Source of the DNA: Eledone cirrhosa
Taxonomy: Eukaryota
Direction of reading: 5' to 3'
Length of the DNA stretch: 64,000 bases
NCBI GenBank assembly: GCA_964016885.1
Contig: OZ024740.1
Span: 178,002,001 to 178,066,000, forward strand
The translations under genes and the position numbers were made by a program. Below, piece by piece: positions 51,350 to 64,000 of this stretch. The notes under the pieces are model-generated. The model was not told the origin of the DNA. It did not search any database and saw only the letters and a list, made by a program, of their open reading frames with translations. The stretch's first letter is position 1; each line of letters opens with the position of its first letter.

Positions 51350-53773
51350 ATTCCCCGGGGGGCGTTTCGGAACTCCAAGGGGGCGTTTGGGAGCAAGGGA
51401 GCATTAGGGGGCGGGCATTAGGAGCTTTGGTGGGACGCTAGGGGGGGTGCTGGAAGGCTCTTTACTTTGGTAAGTTTTATAAGCCATATTTGTATGTCTT
51501 TGAGACAGCCAGTGTGAATACATTTGAATGACCATGCAGACAGTATAACTATGTTCTGACCGCAGCTGTGAGCAGGTGTGCAGGTGTGTCTAGACATTAA
51601 CCGGCAATTGAGATCCTTAAAATGGAAAAACCCACAGTCAACTGGGTCAAGGACACTTTGAGCGCAGCTAGTTAGAATCTTATCTTTCCTTCACCGATAA
51701 CAATATATTTCATGTCTGAAATTATTGACTCAACCGTAATGAGTTAACACTATGTAGATCTATTTTATTCCTTATTGTATAAATAATATTACAAATAAAA
51801 AAAAAAGAAGTGGGTAGCACACATCTAGGACCACATATAACACATAATCAGATAATACACACATCTAGGACCACATATAACACATAAGCAGGTAATACAC
51901 ACATCTAGGACCACATATAACACATAAGCAGGTAATACACACATCTAGGACCACATAGAGCATATAAGGAGGTAGCACACACATCTAGGACCACATACAA
52001 CACACAGGCAGGTAATACATACATCTAGGACCACATACAATACATAAGCAGGTAATACAAACATCTAGGACCACATACAACACACATTGTATCATGTGCT
52101 ACGGACAACGCAAGAGCAATGGTCGGCCAAGATAAGGGTTTTGTCACTCTTCTGAAGAGAGAAAATCTATCTGTATTTGCTGTTCATTGTGTCATTCATG
52201 GACAACACTTGGCTGCAAAGAAACTCAGCAAGCCGCTGAGCAAGTCCTTGCAGGTGGCCATTGATGTCATCAATTTTATCAAACGGCATTCCCTCAATGA
52301 ACGAATTTTCAAGCAACTGTGCCAAGATAATGACGAAGAATTCATCAAGTTGCTCCTTTATACTGAAGTGAACTCTTCGACTCTATCATAGAGTTTTTGC
52401 GAGGACGCAACACAGAACTGTACAAGAAAACCCTCGATGTGAGGCAAGACTGCGCCTACCTCACCGACATCTTGGACAAATGCAATAGTGTCATTTTGGC
52501 TTTGCAGGGGAAAAAGATCACCTTGCTTAAAGCAAGGAATGCTGTGAAAACATTCCTGGTCAAATTGAATGTCATCGAAAGGAATCTTTGTTGATGGGAA
52601 TTCTATAATTTTCCTAGTGTCGCCAATGTTCAAAACATTGTAAGCGATGACCAACTCCAAATTTATATCACTCACCTCCGTGCGCTATAAGACAACATGA
52701 GAGAATGGTTTGTCGACCTTTTGCTGATGGACATCCCACTGTGGATAGCAGATCCCTTCATAGCTAACGTCGATGATTTGGACAATAAATTTCAAGAAGA
52801 ATTCATTGAACTTCAAGCAGATGACATGATGAAAATTAGATTTCCCAAAATAGGTGAACCCCTTTTTGGGGTAAGAGGAAATTCAGCGTCGATTTCCACA
52901 CCTACATGCAGAGGCTAAGAGATTTGCTCTGTCTTTTCCAAGCTCATGTAGATATGAGGTTTGGTGCTGTTTCGAGACTGCGCATTAAGGCTCACAACCG
53001 CTACAATGTAATTACACGTGGAGATCTCTGGCTACATCTTACGAAAATTCAGCCTGACGTTAAAGAGTTAGCTAGACTCCATGAAGCTCAAGGGTCCCAT
53101 TGAAATGAGGTCAAAGTTAAAGTAAGTTGATTTACCCGAAAACTTGGATATGCTATAATTACAAAGCAAACTAACAATTTTTTTATTTGTAGTTGCAGTC
53201 TGACTGGACTGGAAACCATCTACTACAATTCACTTACACATTTGTTGTATATATTTTACCATTTACTAATGAATATACCCTCCTGCATGGTCATGAAAAC
53301 CCTATTCCGTGGTCTCTAAGCTCACAAAGCAGAGGGGACATCAAGTTAGATATCAACATTTATTCTGTCCGTTTCATTAAAGGGAAAATTGGAAAGCTTT
53401 GAAATGATATAATTGCTACTTTCTTCCAGATAAGAGCACTCTTGGGATAGACAGAGTTGCTCTTGTATAAATGTTCAAAATAGCTGGTAACGCCTGGTGA
53501 GAATATAACAAATTCAACTGGTCCTTATTCATAAAGAAGAACATTTATGTTCCTTTTTTTTAAATTTAGATATTTCCTTTCAAGGAATGTATTTATACTC
53601 TCAGCTGCCTGCAATGGTATTTTTGGAATATTGTTAATCAATTTTTTAGTAATCTACTGATATCAAAATCAGTAGTATATTGAAAAATGGAAAAATAGAG
53701 CAGGGGGGAGGGGAGTTTTGTGATTTCGAGGGACAAAAGGGGGTGTTTGGCCTAAATGGGTTGAGAACCTGTG
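51350..53773 (+). mobile_element. Decayed hAT (Buster/Charlie-type) DNA transposon; transposase remnant 52090-53103
   Basis: CATDNARAMVG...VHCVIHGQHLAAK...VINFIK..SLNERIFKQLC...LLLYTEV, AYLTDI...LQG, RGDL.LHLTKIQPD....H.AQGSH; right end TTGAGAACCTGTG; left TIR not seen. Confidence 0.85.
51818..52088. repeat. 40-bp minisatellite, 7 copies
   Basis: ACATCTAGGACCACATA recurs at 51821, 51861, 51901, 51941, 51981, 52021, 52061. Confidence 0.95.
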
Positions 53774-54974
53774 CTTTAGAGGAAGGAAAAACTGATACTT
53801 GACTGGTAGTTATTTTATCAGCTTCAGAAAAGTAAAATAAACCTTGGTCTACTAAAGAAGTAGGCTATTCACTGTTGCCTGGCTATTTAATTCCCCAGGA
53901 TTCTATCACTTTCATCTAGCTGTTTACAATCTCATATAACATCACAACACTCCTGCAACTGACTCCACCATGAAGAATGATGGTTTTAGGGACAGACCCT
54001 TCTGGAGGTGTTAATAAGAAATTAGAATTCCTCTACATACCTCCACACACAATATGCACATTAATAAACATCCGTACATACACATTCACACTATCCCCAT
54101 TCCACCTACCTCTCCATATTTCATTCCTACCTACTACTTACTCCACTTAAAACCCTAGTTTTTTCGACACATGACCCAAGATTAACTCTCCACTGTTGAT
54201 TTGCTGTTGCTTGATGTTATGCCACCCTTTCTCTCATCATGTAGCAAAGCTGTGGGACTTGGATTTCAACATTCTTCAGACATGGAGAGCTATCAGGCAA
54301 AAGACAAATCGACCCATCCAACTGAATGTCAACCCCAATTTGATCCTCCCCACCAGGCACTCTCTCAGAGAGAGTGGGTATCCCTGAATTGGATGCCGTC
54401 GATTCAATGCAGCCATGCACCACTGAATACTGCCTCGATTAGCTGCTTGCCAGCATAGACTGCTGTACTTATACTAAGTTCCCAGATCTCTGCCCACCTG
54501 AGAATATGGAACTCAAGTCTGTTTTTGCTAATACTACCACAGTCACATTTTCTCCTTTCTACCAAACTTAAGGGTTCTGAAATGGGTCATGGTCACTTCT
54601 CTTCTTGACTGATTGAAAAATATGATATACTCCATGTTAAAACAGTAACATATATATATATATTATATATTTATATATATGACAAAATGTGCCCAGTCCA
54701 CCCAGTAAAGCGGTCATGTTGGTAACACAACAAAAAGTGCTCTGTTCACCCTATAAAGTGGTCATGTTGGTAACATGATAAAAACTTCCAGTCCATGCTG
54801 TAAATATGGTTGGCATTAGGAAGGGCATCCAGCAGTAGAAACATGGTCATCTAATTTGACTCTTCTCACAACTGAACAACTCATCTAACCCATGATAGCA
54901 TGGAAAAATGAGTGTTAAGCAATGATAAGGATGATGATGCTCATGCTTTATATATGAATATAAATATATATATA

Positions 54975-55868
54975 CAGGGTGCAGACGATATTTGTTCGCA
55001 ATTTTCAAATGCTAATTTTATGCAAATTTTTTTTACTTCCGTTGTCACTCTTGTCTTCATTAAAACAGTGACTATATTTCCATTATTTATTTTCAGAATA
55101 ATTGATTATGAATAATTTTGAACCTCCAAATTTGTGGAAGAGACACGGAGTTCTTCTTGGAATCCACACCGGGAGGACAAATAAGGAAATTTCAGACTAT
55201 CTCAGCGTCAGCAGGAGAATGGTGGAAAAGGTCAGAAAGGAATTGGAAGATTCACGGTTTCGACTACACAGCAACATCAGAGAGGAAAACACATGATCGA
55301 CGATCTGACGCATTCAGAACGCCCGAGTTCTTCCCTGAGGGCCTCAAGCTGAAAACCGATGGCTACATCCATGTTCAGAGCGAGGTAGTAAAGCCCTGGA
55401 TCGACCAGGTAGCTGCAGGTAGGCCGTATGTGCGGCAGCAAGACTCAGCGCCCTGCTATACCAGCCGAAAGACCCAAGCCTGGCTGTCAGAGAACTTCGT
55501 CGACCACACTTCACCTGACATCTGGCCTCCCAGCTCACCTGACTGCAACCCCCTCACCTTTTTTGTGTGGGGCGCAGTGGAACGAGACACAAACAGATCC
55601 AGCTGCAATACGAAAGACGATCTGAAGGCCAGGATCACAAGTGCCTTTAGGGGCCTAGGTCGGAGGACAGTGACGAAGACCTGTAGCCGGTTCCAAGGCC
55701 GCCTTGAGGCCGTCATCAAAGCCAATGGCGGGTTTATTGAGTGAGATCGAAAGAATAAGTTATAAAGACAAACTGACCCAAGTTTGATAAATAAATCTTA
55801 AAAAATAAAACTACTGTGTTACATTTTCCTAGACAGTAATCCTGTGAACAAGTATCGTCCGCACCCTG
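54975..55868 (+). mobile_element. Internally deleted Tc1/mariner element, DD37D (maT)-type
   Basis: TIRs CAGGGTGCAGACGATATTTGTTC and reverse complement CAGGGTGCGGACGATACTTGTTC, TA flanks; QQDSAP...WPPSSPDCNPL with 37-residue spacing; first catalytic D region missing. Confidence 0.92.
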
Positions 55869-55879
55869 TATATATATAT

Positions 55880-57979
55880 ATCATCATCATCATCGTTTAA
55901 CGTCCATCTTCCACGCTTGCATGGGTTTGGACGGGAGTTTTCCCACCCGAGGCAAGATTGGTTGTCCTGCTCGTATAGGACTGTCTGGCGGGTTTTCTAT
56001 GGCTGGATGCTCTTCCTAACACCAACCACATTTACAGTGTGGACTGGGAGGTTTTTACCGTGTTACCTACACGGCCACATTACAGCGTGGACTGTGTGTT
56101 TTTTTGTCGTGACACCTACATGTCTGGCGGGTTTTCTACGGCTGGATGCCCTTCCCAACACCAACCACGTTTACAGTGTGTACTGGGAGGTTTTTACCGC
56201 GTTACCTACACGGCCACATTACAGCGTGGAGTGTTTTTTTTTGTCGTGACACCTACACGACCTCATTTGTTTCGGACTGGATGTTATGGTACCAACATAA
56301 CTTCACATTTAAGGGGGTGGTGTGGATGGGATGGGGTTAGTGGGACGGGGGTGTATTTTGTTAGAGGTACCTACTGACTGTAGGTTTCGCTTTGTACTTA
56401 GGCAAGGCGGGTCTTCTGTATAACTGTGTAGCGCCAAAGCTCTCGGTCCAGTGACATTGTCTTGGAGAGGTGTAAGTGTGTGAGGTCGGAATTTATCAAG
56501 TCGTCCCAGGTTTTTCTGGGTTTGCCTACTCCGTGGCTACCGTCTATTTTTATCACCCTGCACTTTTTTATACAGCTGTCATCTTTCATGCGCAGCACGT
56601 GACCGTACCAATGTAGTCTTCTCTCGAGTAAACAACATCTGATCCCTCTTATTCCTAATTTCTCCCTTAGTTCGTTTATGCTTTTCCGTTCACGTATATT
56701 ACTATTACACATCCAGCGGAGCATGAAAGCTTCGTTTCTCTCCAGTCTGCGTATATCCTCTGCACACAATGCCCAGGTCTCACTGCCATGTAACATTGCT
56801 GTTCGTATGCAGGCATCCTACAGCCTGCCTTTCATTTTTAGAGAGAACCCTTTAGCGGCCAATAGTGGTATAAGCTTTCTGAACTTTTTCCATCTCGTTC
56901 TGACTCTAGCTACTGTACTTTCAGAGCACCCTCCCCCACTGCTGATTTTGTCACCCAGGTAACGGAAGCTGTCCACTATTTCTATAGAACCATCTGTGCA
57001 ATGGAATGAGTTAGTATTCTGTGGGCACTTGCTGCTACTTATTGCACCAGAGCACCGGCCACATATAAAATCTATATTCTTAGTTAGCTTACCTGTGATC
57101 CCACTACATCTTTTATGTACCCATACTTTGCATTTGGGACATAAAATGGAGTTTCTGCCTACTCCTTTCCTACACACTGAGCATGGCCATTTCCCAAATG
57201 GGACTGGTGCCCTATTTTCCTTCCTACAAACTAGAACTTTAGTCTTAGACAAGTTAACTTTAAGGCCTTTTGATTCTAGGCCATGCTTCCATGTTTAGAA
57301 TTTCTTCTCTAGTTCAGCCATTGCTTCAGCTATGAGCGTTAGATCACCTGCATATAGGAGTTCCCATGGGCAGCCGGTCTTGAACTCCTCTGTTATAGCC
57401 TGAAGGGCAATAATAAATAGTAGGGGGCTAAGGACGGAGCCCTGATGAACAACTTTTACGCTAAACTCTTCACTATATTCGTTGTTAATTCTAACCTTGC
57501 TGACTGTTTCTTTATACATGGCTTGTATAGCTCTCACAAGCCATTTATCAACACCTAGTTTTCTAAGGGCCCACCAGATAATCGAGCGGGGTACTCTGTC
57601 AAAGGCTTTCTCCAAGTCAACAAAAGCTAAGTATAAGGGTTTACTTTTAGCTAGGTACTTCTCTTGTAGTTGTCGTACAATGAAAAGAGCGTCTGTTGTA
57701 CTTTTACCTGACACAAACCCGAACTGCATTTCGTCTAGATTAATTCGCTCTCTGATTAGTTGCGCTATTACTTTTTCTGTGACCTTCATGACCTGGTCAA
57801 TTAATTTAATGCCTCTATAGTTTCCCCTATCTAGGGCATCACCTTTACCCTTGTAGCAGTTAATGATGATGCTGCTGCACCAGTCCTTCGGAACGACCCT
57901 ATTCTGTATGACTTGGTTTACTATCCGGGTGACCATAGTGTGTCCCACCGTTCCAGATGCTTTCAGCATTTCGGCAACT
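55880..57979 (-). mobile_element. RTE subfamily B, 5'-truncated, RT with PHD-like finger; ~139 bp tandem duplication in 3'UTR
   Basis: ORFs 57295-58116, 56818-57252 and 56398-56796; 55982-56120 repeated at 56121-56260. Confidence 0.95.
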
Positions 57980-58015
57980 AATATATAAATATATATATAT
58001 ATATATCTGACATAC

Positions 58016-58152
58016 CTCCTTCTGGTGGCATTGCTGGAATTGGATTCAGAAAAGTTGGTGATCCAGTAAGTATTTCTAAATTCACACTCACCACCTCTGC
58101 TTGAACACAGAGACAATTGCTGTAGGATTTATTGATGGTGTAGTGGATCGAC
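58016..58152 (-). CDS. CFAP47: CFAP47-like exon SIHYTINKSYSNCLCVQAEVVSVNLEIL...PPEG
   Basis: poly-T tract plus ccag acceptor, GTATGT donor; 137 nt, phase 2 to 1. Confidence 0.88.
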
Positions 58153-58394
58153 CTGGCTTGTGGAGAAAAAAAAACAGAGATTATAACAGAAAATAATGGA
58201 ATGAATACTACCAGGCTTATCTTGAATTCAGTATAATGTACTGCTTAGCGTAGATCTAATATTTTCAGATTTCAAATTTTCTAATTTTTTTAAAAGTGAA
58301 GGTGTGTGCAAACAACAGTCAATGAAATCAACTCTAATCAATCAAAATCAATCATGGAATCCCTTGACTCTCTGTCACCATCCAATTCTACATG

Positions 58395-58990
58395 TGAGTG
58401 GAGATCCACTGAAGCATGTTGGGACCATGTTCATGAATGATGGAAGGGAGGAGGTTGAATTAAGAGCAAGAATTGCAAGAGCTAGTGCAGCTCTGCGCCA
58501 GCTTCACCATTCGGGCAAGGGAAGAAAGGAGGTAGATGTAAAATTCAAACTTGCTATCTTCAGTTCAGTATTCATCACAACCATTACCTAAGGTCATGAA
58601 TCTTGGGTAATAACCGAAAGAATATGATCGCAAAAACAAGTGGCTGAAATGTGGCTCCTCTAAGGGGCCGTTAGAGTAACATTACTTGATAGAGTGCATA
58701 GCTTAGAGAGGGATCACAGCTCCGATACTACACACGTGATTAGAGTGTCTCAAGAAAGAATCGCTGGACAGATTCTACAGGCAAAAACCAACCAGCACTA
58801 GACCCAGGGGTAGACAGACTCCAAGCAATATGGTTGGATAAAATCCATGAGCTCAGCTGGTCTCACTTGGGGATCCAGCGAGATCAATTAGAGATAGTTG
58901 CTTCTGATAGGTCCTATAGGAAAGCGTGCATGAGTACTCTTCCTCCAAGACCCTCTCAGGAATAAGTTGGTGGTGAAGAAGAAGAAGAAG
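58395..58990 (+). mobile_element. Rex3/Expander-like RTE 3' fragment with (GAA)n tail
   Basis: RIARASAALRQL...KLAIFSSVF..T.GHESWV...QVAEM. Confidence 0.75.
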
Positions 58991-59017
58991 GAGGAAATGA
59001 AGAAGATGATTAATTAC

Positions 59018-59130
59018 GTGCTGAATTTTCCTTTGTGGAATGATTCAAAAACTATAGGGATGCCAGTTTTGCTGAATGGCTGAACAACCTTTGATAATGG
59101 ACAGGTTTGTCTCAATTCTATGCAATCCAG
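59018..59130 (-). CDS. CFAP47: CFAP47-like exon LDCIELRQTCPLSKVVQPFSKTGIPIVFESFHKGKFS
   Basis: ttttcag acceptor, GTAAT donor; 113 nt, phase 0 to 2. Confidence 0.88.
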
Positions 59131-59840
59131 CTGAAAATACATAATTTAATATATTGAACTGAAACATAGTTATTAAATATACGAGAGAAACTTACACTTG
59201 TAGGGTTTATTCATTTATTATTATTTTTATTAAAGCTCACACCTGCATAAGTTTTGTCCGCCTATCATAAGATTTTATATTTAACATTTGTTTTTACTTT
59301 TGAGTTAAAGAGGGAAGAGCATAATCCTTTTACAGAGTTTCCTAGACTGATAGGAAAATCTCTTTAAATCAAGGGTGTGGTGGTATTGTTAATCCAAACA
59401 AGAGACTAAGTCTACTGCAGTGGGATTTGAACTCAGAGCTCAGAGACCTGAAATAAATAGTACAAAGCATCTTATTCAATGCTCTAATAGTATTGCCAAT
59501 ACCCCACCTTGGACTGGTAGTTTATTCTATTATCAATCCTGAAATGATAAAAAGGCAAAGTTCATCATCCTCATGTTCCCAGAACTGGTGCAGCCAGTCA
59601 TTGGGGAGCCACTCTAGATGCTTTTGCTGTCAGTTGCCGCAATTGGTCTCTTCTCCGTCACGTGTAAAAGGGTTTCTGTGTTGGAAAAGTTAACCTTGGA
59701 AAAATTTGAACTGAGAACACAGACAGCCACAAAAAGTACCACATGGCGGTTTTTTTGGAGGGGGGGGGGGGGAGTTATGTTCTAAAGACTGCGCTAGGAG
59801 TTGCATCTCATATGAGGTTTTGGGAGCGTTTTAATGATGA

Positions 59841-60664
59841 CTAGCAGAATGGCCTGGCGTTGCTCTGGATTCTAAACATAGATTGGCATGTTTATCCCTC
59901 CTTTCTGAAACAGTACAGAGAAGTACGGAATACCTCAGCCTGGGGATGGTGTCTACATTTTGTATTTATAAAAAAAATGTCATAGATTACCAGGGGTTTA
60001 ACTTAATTAGGTGCCTGAGAGTAAAATGTTCAACTCACGAAAGCCAAGACGATAGGGTTAAGTAAAAAGGCATTTGACAAACCGAACATGTATTTGTTGT
60101 GCTATGGTACAATGAAAGCAATAGTTACAGAGCAGTAAGCATGTGGGACTGCAGTGGTGGAGAGCATGAAGGAATTTAGTTGGATACTTTTAAGGTTACA
60201 GGCCCTAACGCAACCAAAATGCTAAATAATGCAGTCCCCGGGCAAAAATTTTAAATTTTAAGTCAAGAAAATTTGTGAAACATAAGTAATGCATATGCAA
60301 AGTTTTAAAAAAAATCGGTTGGGTACTTCTCAAGTTACAGGCCCTAATGCAACCAAAATGCTTTTTAAAAAAAAATCGGTTTTTCGCCTAATGTGGTCCC
60401 TGGGGCAAAAAATGAGAAAATCTATTTTGCTCAAAACACTTTAAACAACATAAGTAATGCAAATTTGTAAGAAATCGCCTGGATTATTGTTCCGTTAATT
60501 TTTTTGCCTAATGCGGTCCTTAGGGAATTGAAAATTTGAAATATTTTTTGCTCAAAACACTCACACGACCATAACTATTACATGTATAAAACTTGAAAAA
60601 ATCGGTTGGGTGGTTCTCAAGTTTTAGGGGGACAGACAGACATTCTCTGTTTTAGATATATAGA
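59841..60664 (-). mobile_element. Non-autonomous Helitron (Lep1/HINE-like architecture), second family
   Basis: 5' A|TCTATATATCTAAAA followed by (GTCT)n; 3' imperfect hairpin CCAGAGCAACGCCAGG..CTGCTAG|T; internal ~130-140 bp degenerate repeats at 60180-60625. Confidence 0.8.
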
Positions 60665-61140
60665 TATGTGTGTGTATGTGTGTATTTATGTCTAAACCTT
60701 GCTAATAGGAAAAAAACAAATGTTAATTGATGATGATGATAATGATAATGATGTTGATGACGATGATGATGTATACGCTTTACTAGAATTTATGAGAGCA
60801 TGGCCATGAGGTTAATAAGTTAACTTTCTGTATGTGAGTATGCAATCTATGTTCAGGTATAGACAAATGGCTAAGAAGTTCACTTTGCAATCATAAATTT
60901 ACATATTTCCTCCAACAGCTTGACAACTTTAGTAAGTATTTTTTATCATATTCTTGGTTTCACCCACATATTTTCAATGAATCCGTGTAGACAGAAAATT
61001 TACAGAGATTGTGGTTTATATATTGCAACTATAATTTGAAAGCCTAATTTCATCCCATACCCAGTATTGGACTGATTCTGTCAACAGTACAAGTTTCTGC
61101 AGAAACACCATAATACAATGAATAAGAAGTTCTGCTAATC

Positions 61141-61510
61141 AGGCACATGGCTTAGAGTTTAGACCACTAGGCTTACAACCATGAGGTTGTGAGTTTGATT
61201 CCAAGACTGGGTGTTTGTTGTGTCCTTAGGTAAGACACTTTATTTCATGTTGCTCCAGTTCATTCAGCTGTAGAAATGAATTGCAATGTCACTGGTGCCA
61301 AGCTGTATTGGCCATTGTCTTTCCCTTTGACAACATTGGTGGCAAGGAGAGGGGATACTGCTATGCAGGGGCAACTGTTCATCTTCCACAAAACATCTTT
61401 GCCCAGATTTTGTGCTGTGGAGGGGAATTTATAGGTGTAAAGCACATGGTCATTCATGACTGTAGAGGGTCTCTGTTGGTTCAATGAATTAAATCTTGGC
61501 AACATTCCGG
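61141..61510 (+). mobile_element. tRNA-headed SINE (head shared with family 2, different body)
   Basis: GGCACATGGCTTAG..., GAGTTTGATTCC, GTGTCCTT.GG.AAGACACTTTATTTCA. Confidence 0.65.
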
Positions 61511-61601
61511 GATCAATTAAATTTATTCATCTTTATTTCATTACTAAGTATGAAAAAGAGATGATTGTGACATAAATCCAAATAAATCATTATTTACTTA
61601 C

Positions 61602-61705
61602 ATGTAACTGAACCAAAACATGCATATCAAGAGTATTGATTATATCCAGGTTTCGTGTATTTACAGATTTCTGGCATACTTTACCAAAATTGATTTTTGA
61701 TGGTC
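61602..61705 (-). CDS. CFAP47: CFAP47-like exon (G)PSKINFGKVCQKSVNTRNLDIINTLDMHVLVQLH
   Basis: tttctttacaag acceptor, GTAAGT donor; 104 nt, phase 1 to 0. Confidence 0.85.
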
Positions 61706-62817
61706 CTTGTAAAGAAAAAAAATATGTACATATACATAGTGTAGATGCAGTGTACAAGAAGAAAGAAGATTGTGCTTGTATAGACATGTGGTTTACATGG
61801 AACCGGTGGAAGATGAAAACCTAGGAAAATATAGGATGAAATGGTGAAAGCTGACCTGAAGATGATAAACCTTGCAGCAAAGATGACAAAGGAATGTGAT
61901 GATGGTAGGGGAAAATCAACCTGACCTCCTATGCAAGCAGGATGGTAGTGTGGAAGCTGGAAGATATATCTATATTTGGACCTCTTGCTCAAAACTCCAT
62001 CGGTTGTGCAATCCCTCTCATTGAATTGCTTCTTCCCATCTAAATTCCTTTCATTCACTCTCTTTTATGTTCCCTATATCACACTGCATACATAACTAGC
62101 GATAGTTGTGTTTGGCCAGATCCCTACTCCCTTAACACAAACACACTTGCCAGCTAGTTTGAATGTGTTGTACACACAAGTTGGTCTATCCTGTTTATAT
62201 AATCTACTAGTAATAGTTGTTATATAAGCACTTTGTCTGTGGACAGTTAAAGGAGATATATAGTCTCTGATGAAATCCTAACACAGGATTGAAATTAACA
62301 CAGGTGACCCCTCATTTTCTGTCCATGAAGATAATCTATATACAGAAAAGGTGTCTATACTTGTGTTAAACACACAGTGTTGGCTTAAGATCTGCAGAGT
62401 TATTCTAGAACACAGTATAGAATTGAAACAAAACCACTAATTTATTTATATGAACAATTCTATTTCTATATGAATGCAGGTGTGTGTGTGGTTGCATGAA
62501 TAAAGAACATTTGTGTATTATAAAAACTTACTTTGCAGCATTTAATTCTCTCAAGATATTAACATTTACGCCAAGATAAAGTTGTCTTTTATCCCTTATG
62601 ATATCAATAAAATTAATATCAGACAAAATACTAGAGTCAATATATTCAACTAAAATCTTGAATATGGTGCCTTGGCATGGTTACAGTCCAGTGACTGAAA
62701 CTATTAAAAGAATAACTGAGGTCACTAAATTTTTAGAAACAAATTAACTCACAAAATATGGATGATATATTGATACTTAATTCCTGCTCCTTATTATTGT
62801 TATTATTGTTATTTAAA

Positions 62818-63012
62818 GGGCGGTGGATTGGCAGTATCGGTAGAGGGTCGGACGCCATGCTTTGACATATAGAGTTACAGCCCTTGCCATTCTGTGTTCA
62901 AATCCTGCCGAGGTTAACTTTGCCTTTCATCCTTACGGGGTCGATAAAATAAAGTACCAGTAATGCACTGGGTAATTGCTGGCCTTGTGCCAAACGTAGA
63001 AACAATTATTAT
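62818..63012 (+). mobile_element. SINE family 1 copy in (TTA)-rich site
   Basis: Family match; TTATTTAAA on both flanks. Confidence 0.9.
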
Positions 63013-63242
63013 TATTTAAACAAAAAATTGTTATTATTAACACTCTGCTTCTTAAGGATACCAACTATGGTAAACTACCAACCATAGAATCCCACATTGG
63101 TAGCCAGACCCCAAAATTAGCAATGAGTGCCAAAACTGGTGAAATCAGTAACTAAATAATATTCCCCATTACACTATATGATCATCATCATCATTGTCAT
63201 TTTAATGTCTGCTTTCCCTGCTAGCAAGTATTGGATTGTGCA

Positions 63243-63302
<60 letters not shown>

Positions 63303-63426
63303 ATTTCGGGAGCCTCATTTTGTAAAATATATTTTTATTTTAGCATTAGTTTTTATTCTTTAACACTAAATCATCAATATATATATATCGCAGCGCTAGA
63401 CACATTTTTCAAATGCAGGTGGGTTC

Positions 63427-64000
63427 TATAGAATTGGTTGATAGCTTCCGGTACCTAGGTGATCAGAATAGCATGGGAAGGGGTGTTCCGAGGCCATAGT
63501 ATCTAGAATAAGGACAGGTTGGAAGAAGTTTAGGGAGCTGCTTCCTCTGTTGACAAAGAATGGTTTCTCCCTGCATACGAAAGGCCGGTTATATGATGCC
63601 TGTGTGAGATGCGCGATGCTGCATGGTAGTGAGACATGGGCAGCAACTGCAGAGTTTATGCGATGGCTGGAGAGAAATGAAGCAAGCATGCTCCGTTGGA
63701 TGTGCAATGTCAATGTGTGTGAACGACCAAGCATAGATGAGTTGAGAGAGAAACTGTGTATAAGAGGGATAAGTTGTGGTGTGCGGGTGAGAAGACTGAA
63801 ATGGTATGGACATGTGATGCGCATGGAGGATGACCGCTGGGTAAAGAAGTACCAAGAAATCCCAGTAGAAGGAAGACGCAGTAGAGGAAGACCATGAAAA
63901 ACATGGGCGGAGGTGGTGAGAGCAGACCTCAGATCGCTGAAGGTCACGGAGGAGATGATGAAGGACCGTGACAAGTGGAGAGAAGCTGTGCCAAATAGGA
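63427..64000 (+). mobile_element. RTE subfamily A 3' fragment running off the window end
   Basis: High similarity to 953-1527. Confidence 0.93.

Larger units (their letters stand above)
3719..61705 (-). other. CFAP47: Partial multi-exon gene, cilia- and flagella-associated protein 47-like (17 exons in window; gene extends past both ends)
   Basis: 17 exons with GT-AG boundaries splice in compatible phases into one stop-free frame of about 775 codons. Peptides (DCEVTWSPSYISPEVGTFILDIHGG; ITPQYGIVPAGG; FIFGGVYCGS; FKSEIPVSF; TVIAIADNCL) follow the order I recall for the ASH/Ig-like region of vertebrate CFAP47. Orthology is from memory, not BLAST. Confidence 0.85.

Noticed and set aside
51818-52088. 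CRISPR-like regular 40-bp periodicity (also 36265-36570 and 48700-48815)
   Set aside because: Whole units repeat with no unique spacers, no cas genes, eukaryotic context; these are minisatellites
57295-58116. Apparent 273-aa host-RT fusion ORF
   Set aside because: Chance read-through from an off-frame reading of the CFAP47 exon across the donor and a TA tract into a truncated LINE; similarly 25411-25749 and 25598-26029
1-64000. Prokaryotic RT-based defence system (retron, DGR, DRT) or operon
   Set aside because: All RTs are eukaryotic non-LTR types within spliceosomal introns; no operon structure

Overview
Eukaryotic, AT-rich, repeat-dense genomic DNA, not prokaryotic. The SINE, LINE and microsatellite repertoire is most consistent with a coleoid cephalopod such as Octopus (inference). 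The whole window lies inside one large minus-strand gene. I reconstructed 17 phase-compatible GT-AG exons (61705 to 3719, 2325 nt, about 775 codons) encoding the middle of a CFAP47-like ciliary protein; its start and stop lie outside the window. The introns hold RTE LINEs (two subfamilies with a PHD-type C4HC3 finger inside the RT core), a near full-length decayed Tx1/L1-type LINE, CRE-, CR1- and HERO-like remnants, at least three tRNA-derived SINE families, three Helitrons, a Buster/Charlie hAT, a DD37D mariner, very long micro/minisatellites, a stray nucleolin-like RRM fragment, and an unusual density of fold-back inverted repeats, some with hammerhead-like cores. Most ORFs in the supplied track are repeat artefacts. 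All calls are by eye; no database searches were run, and TE boundaries are approximate unless termini are quoted.
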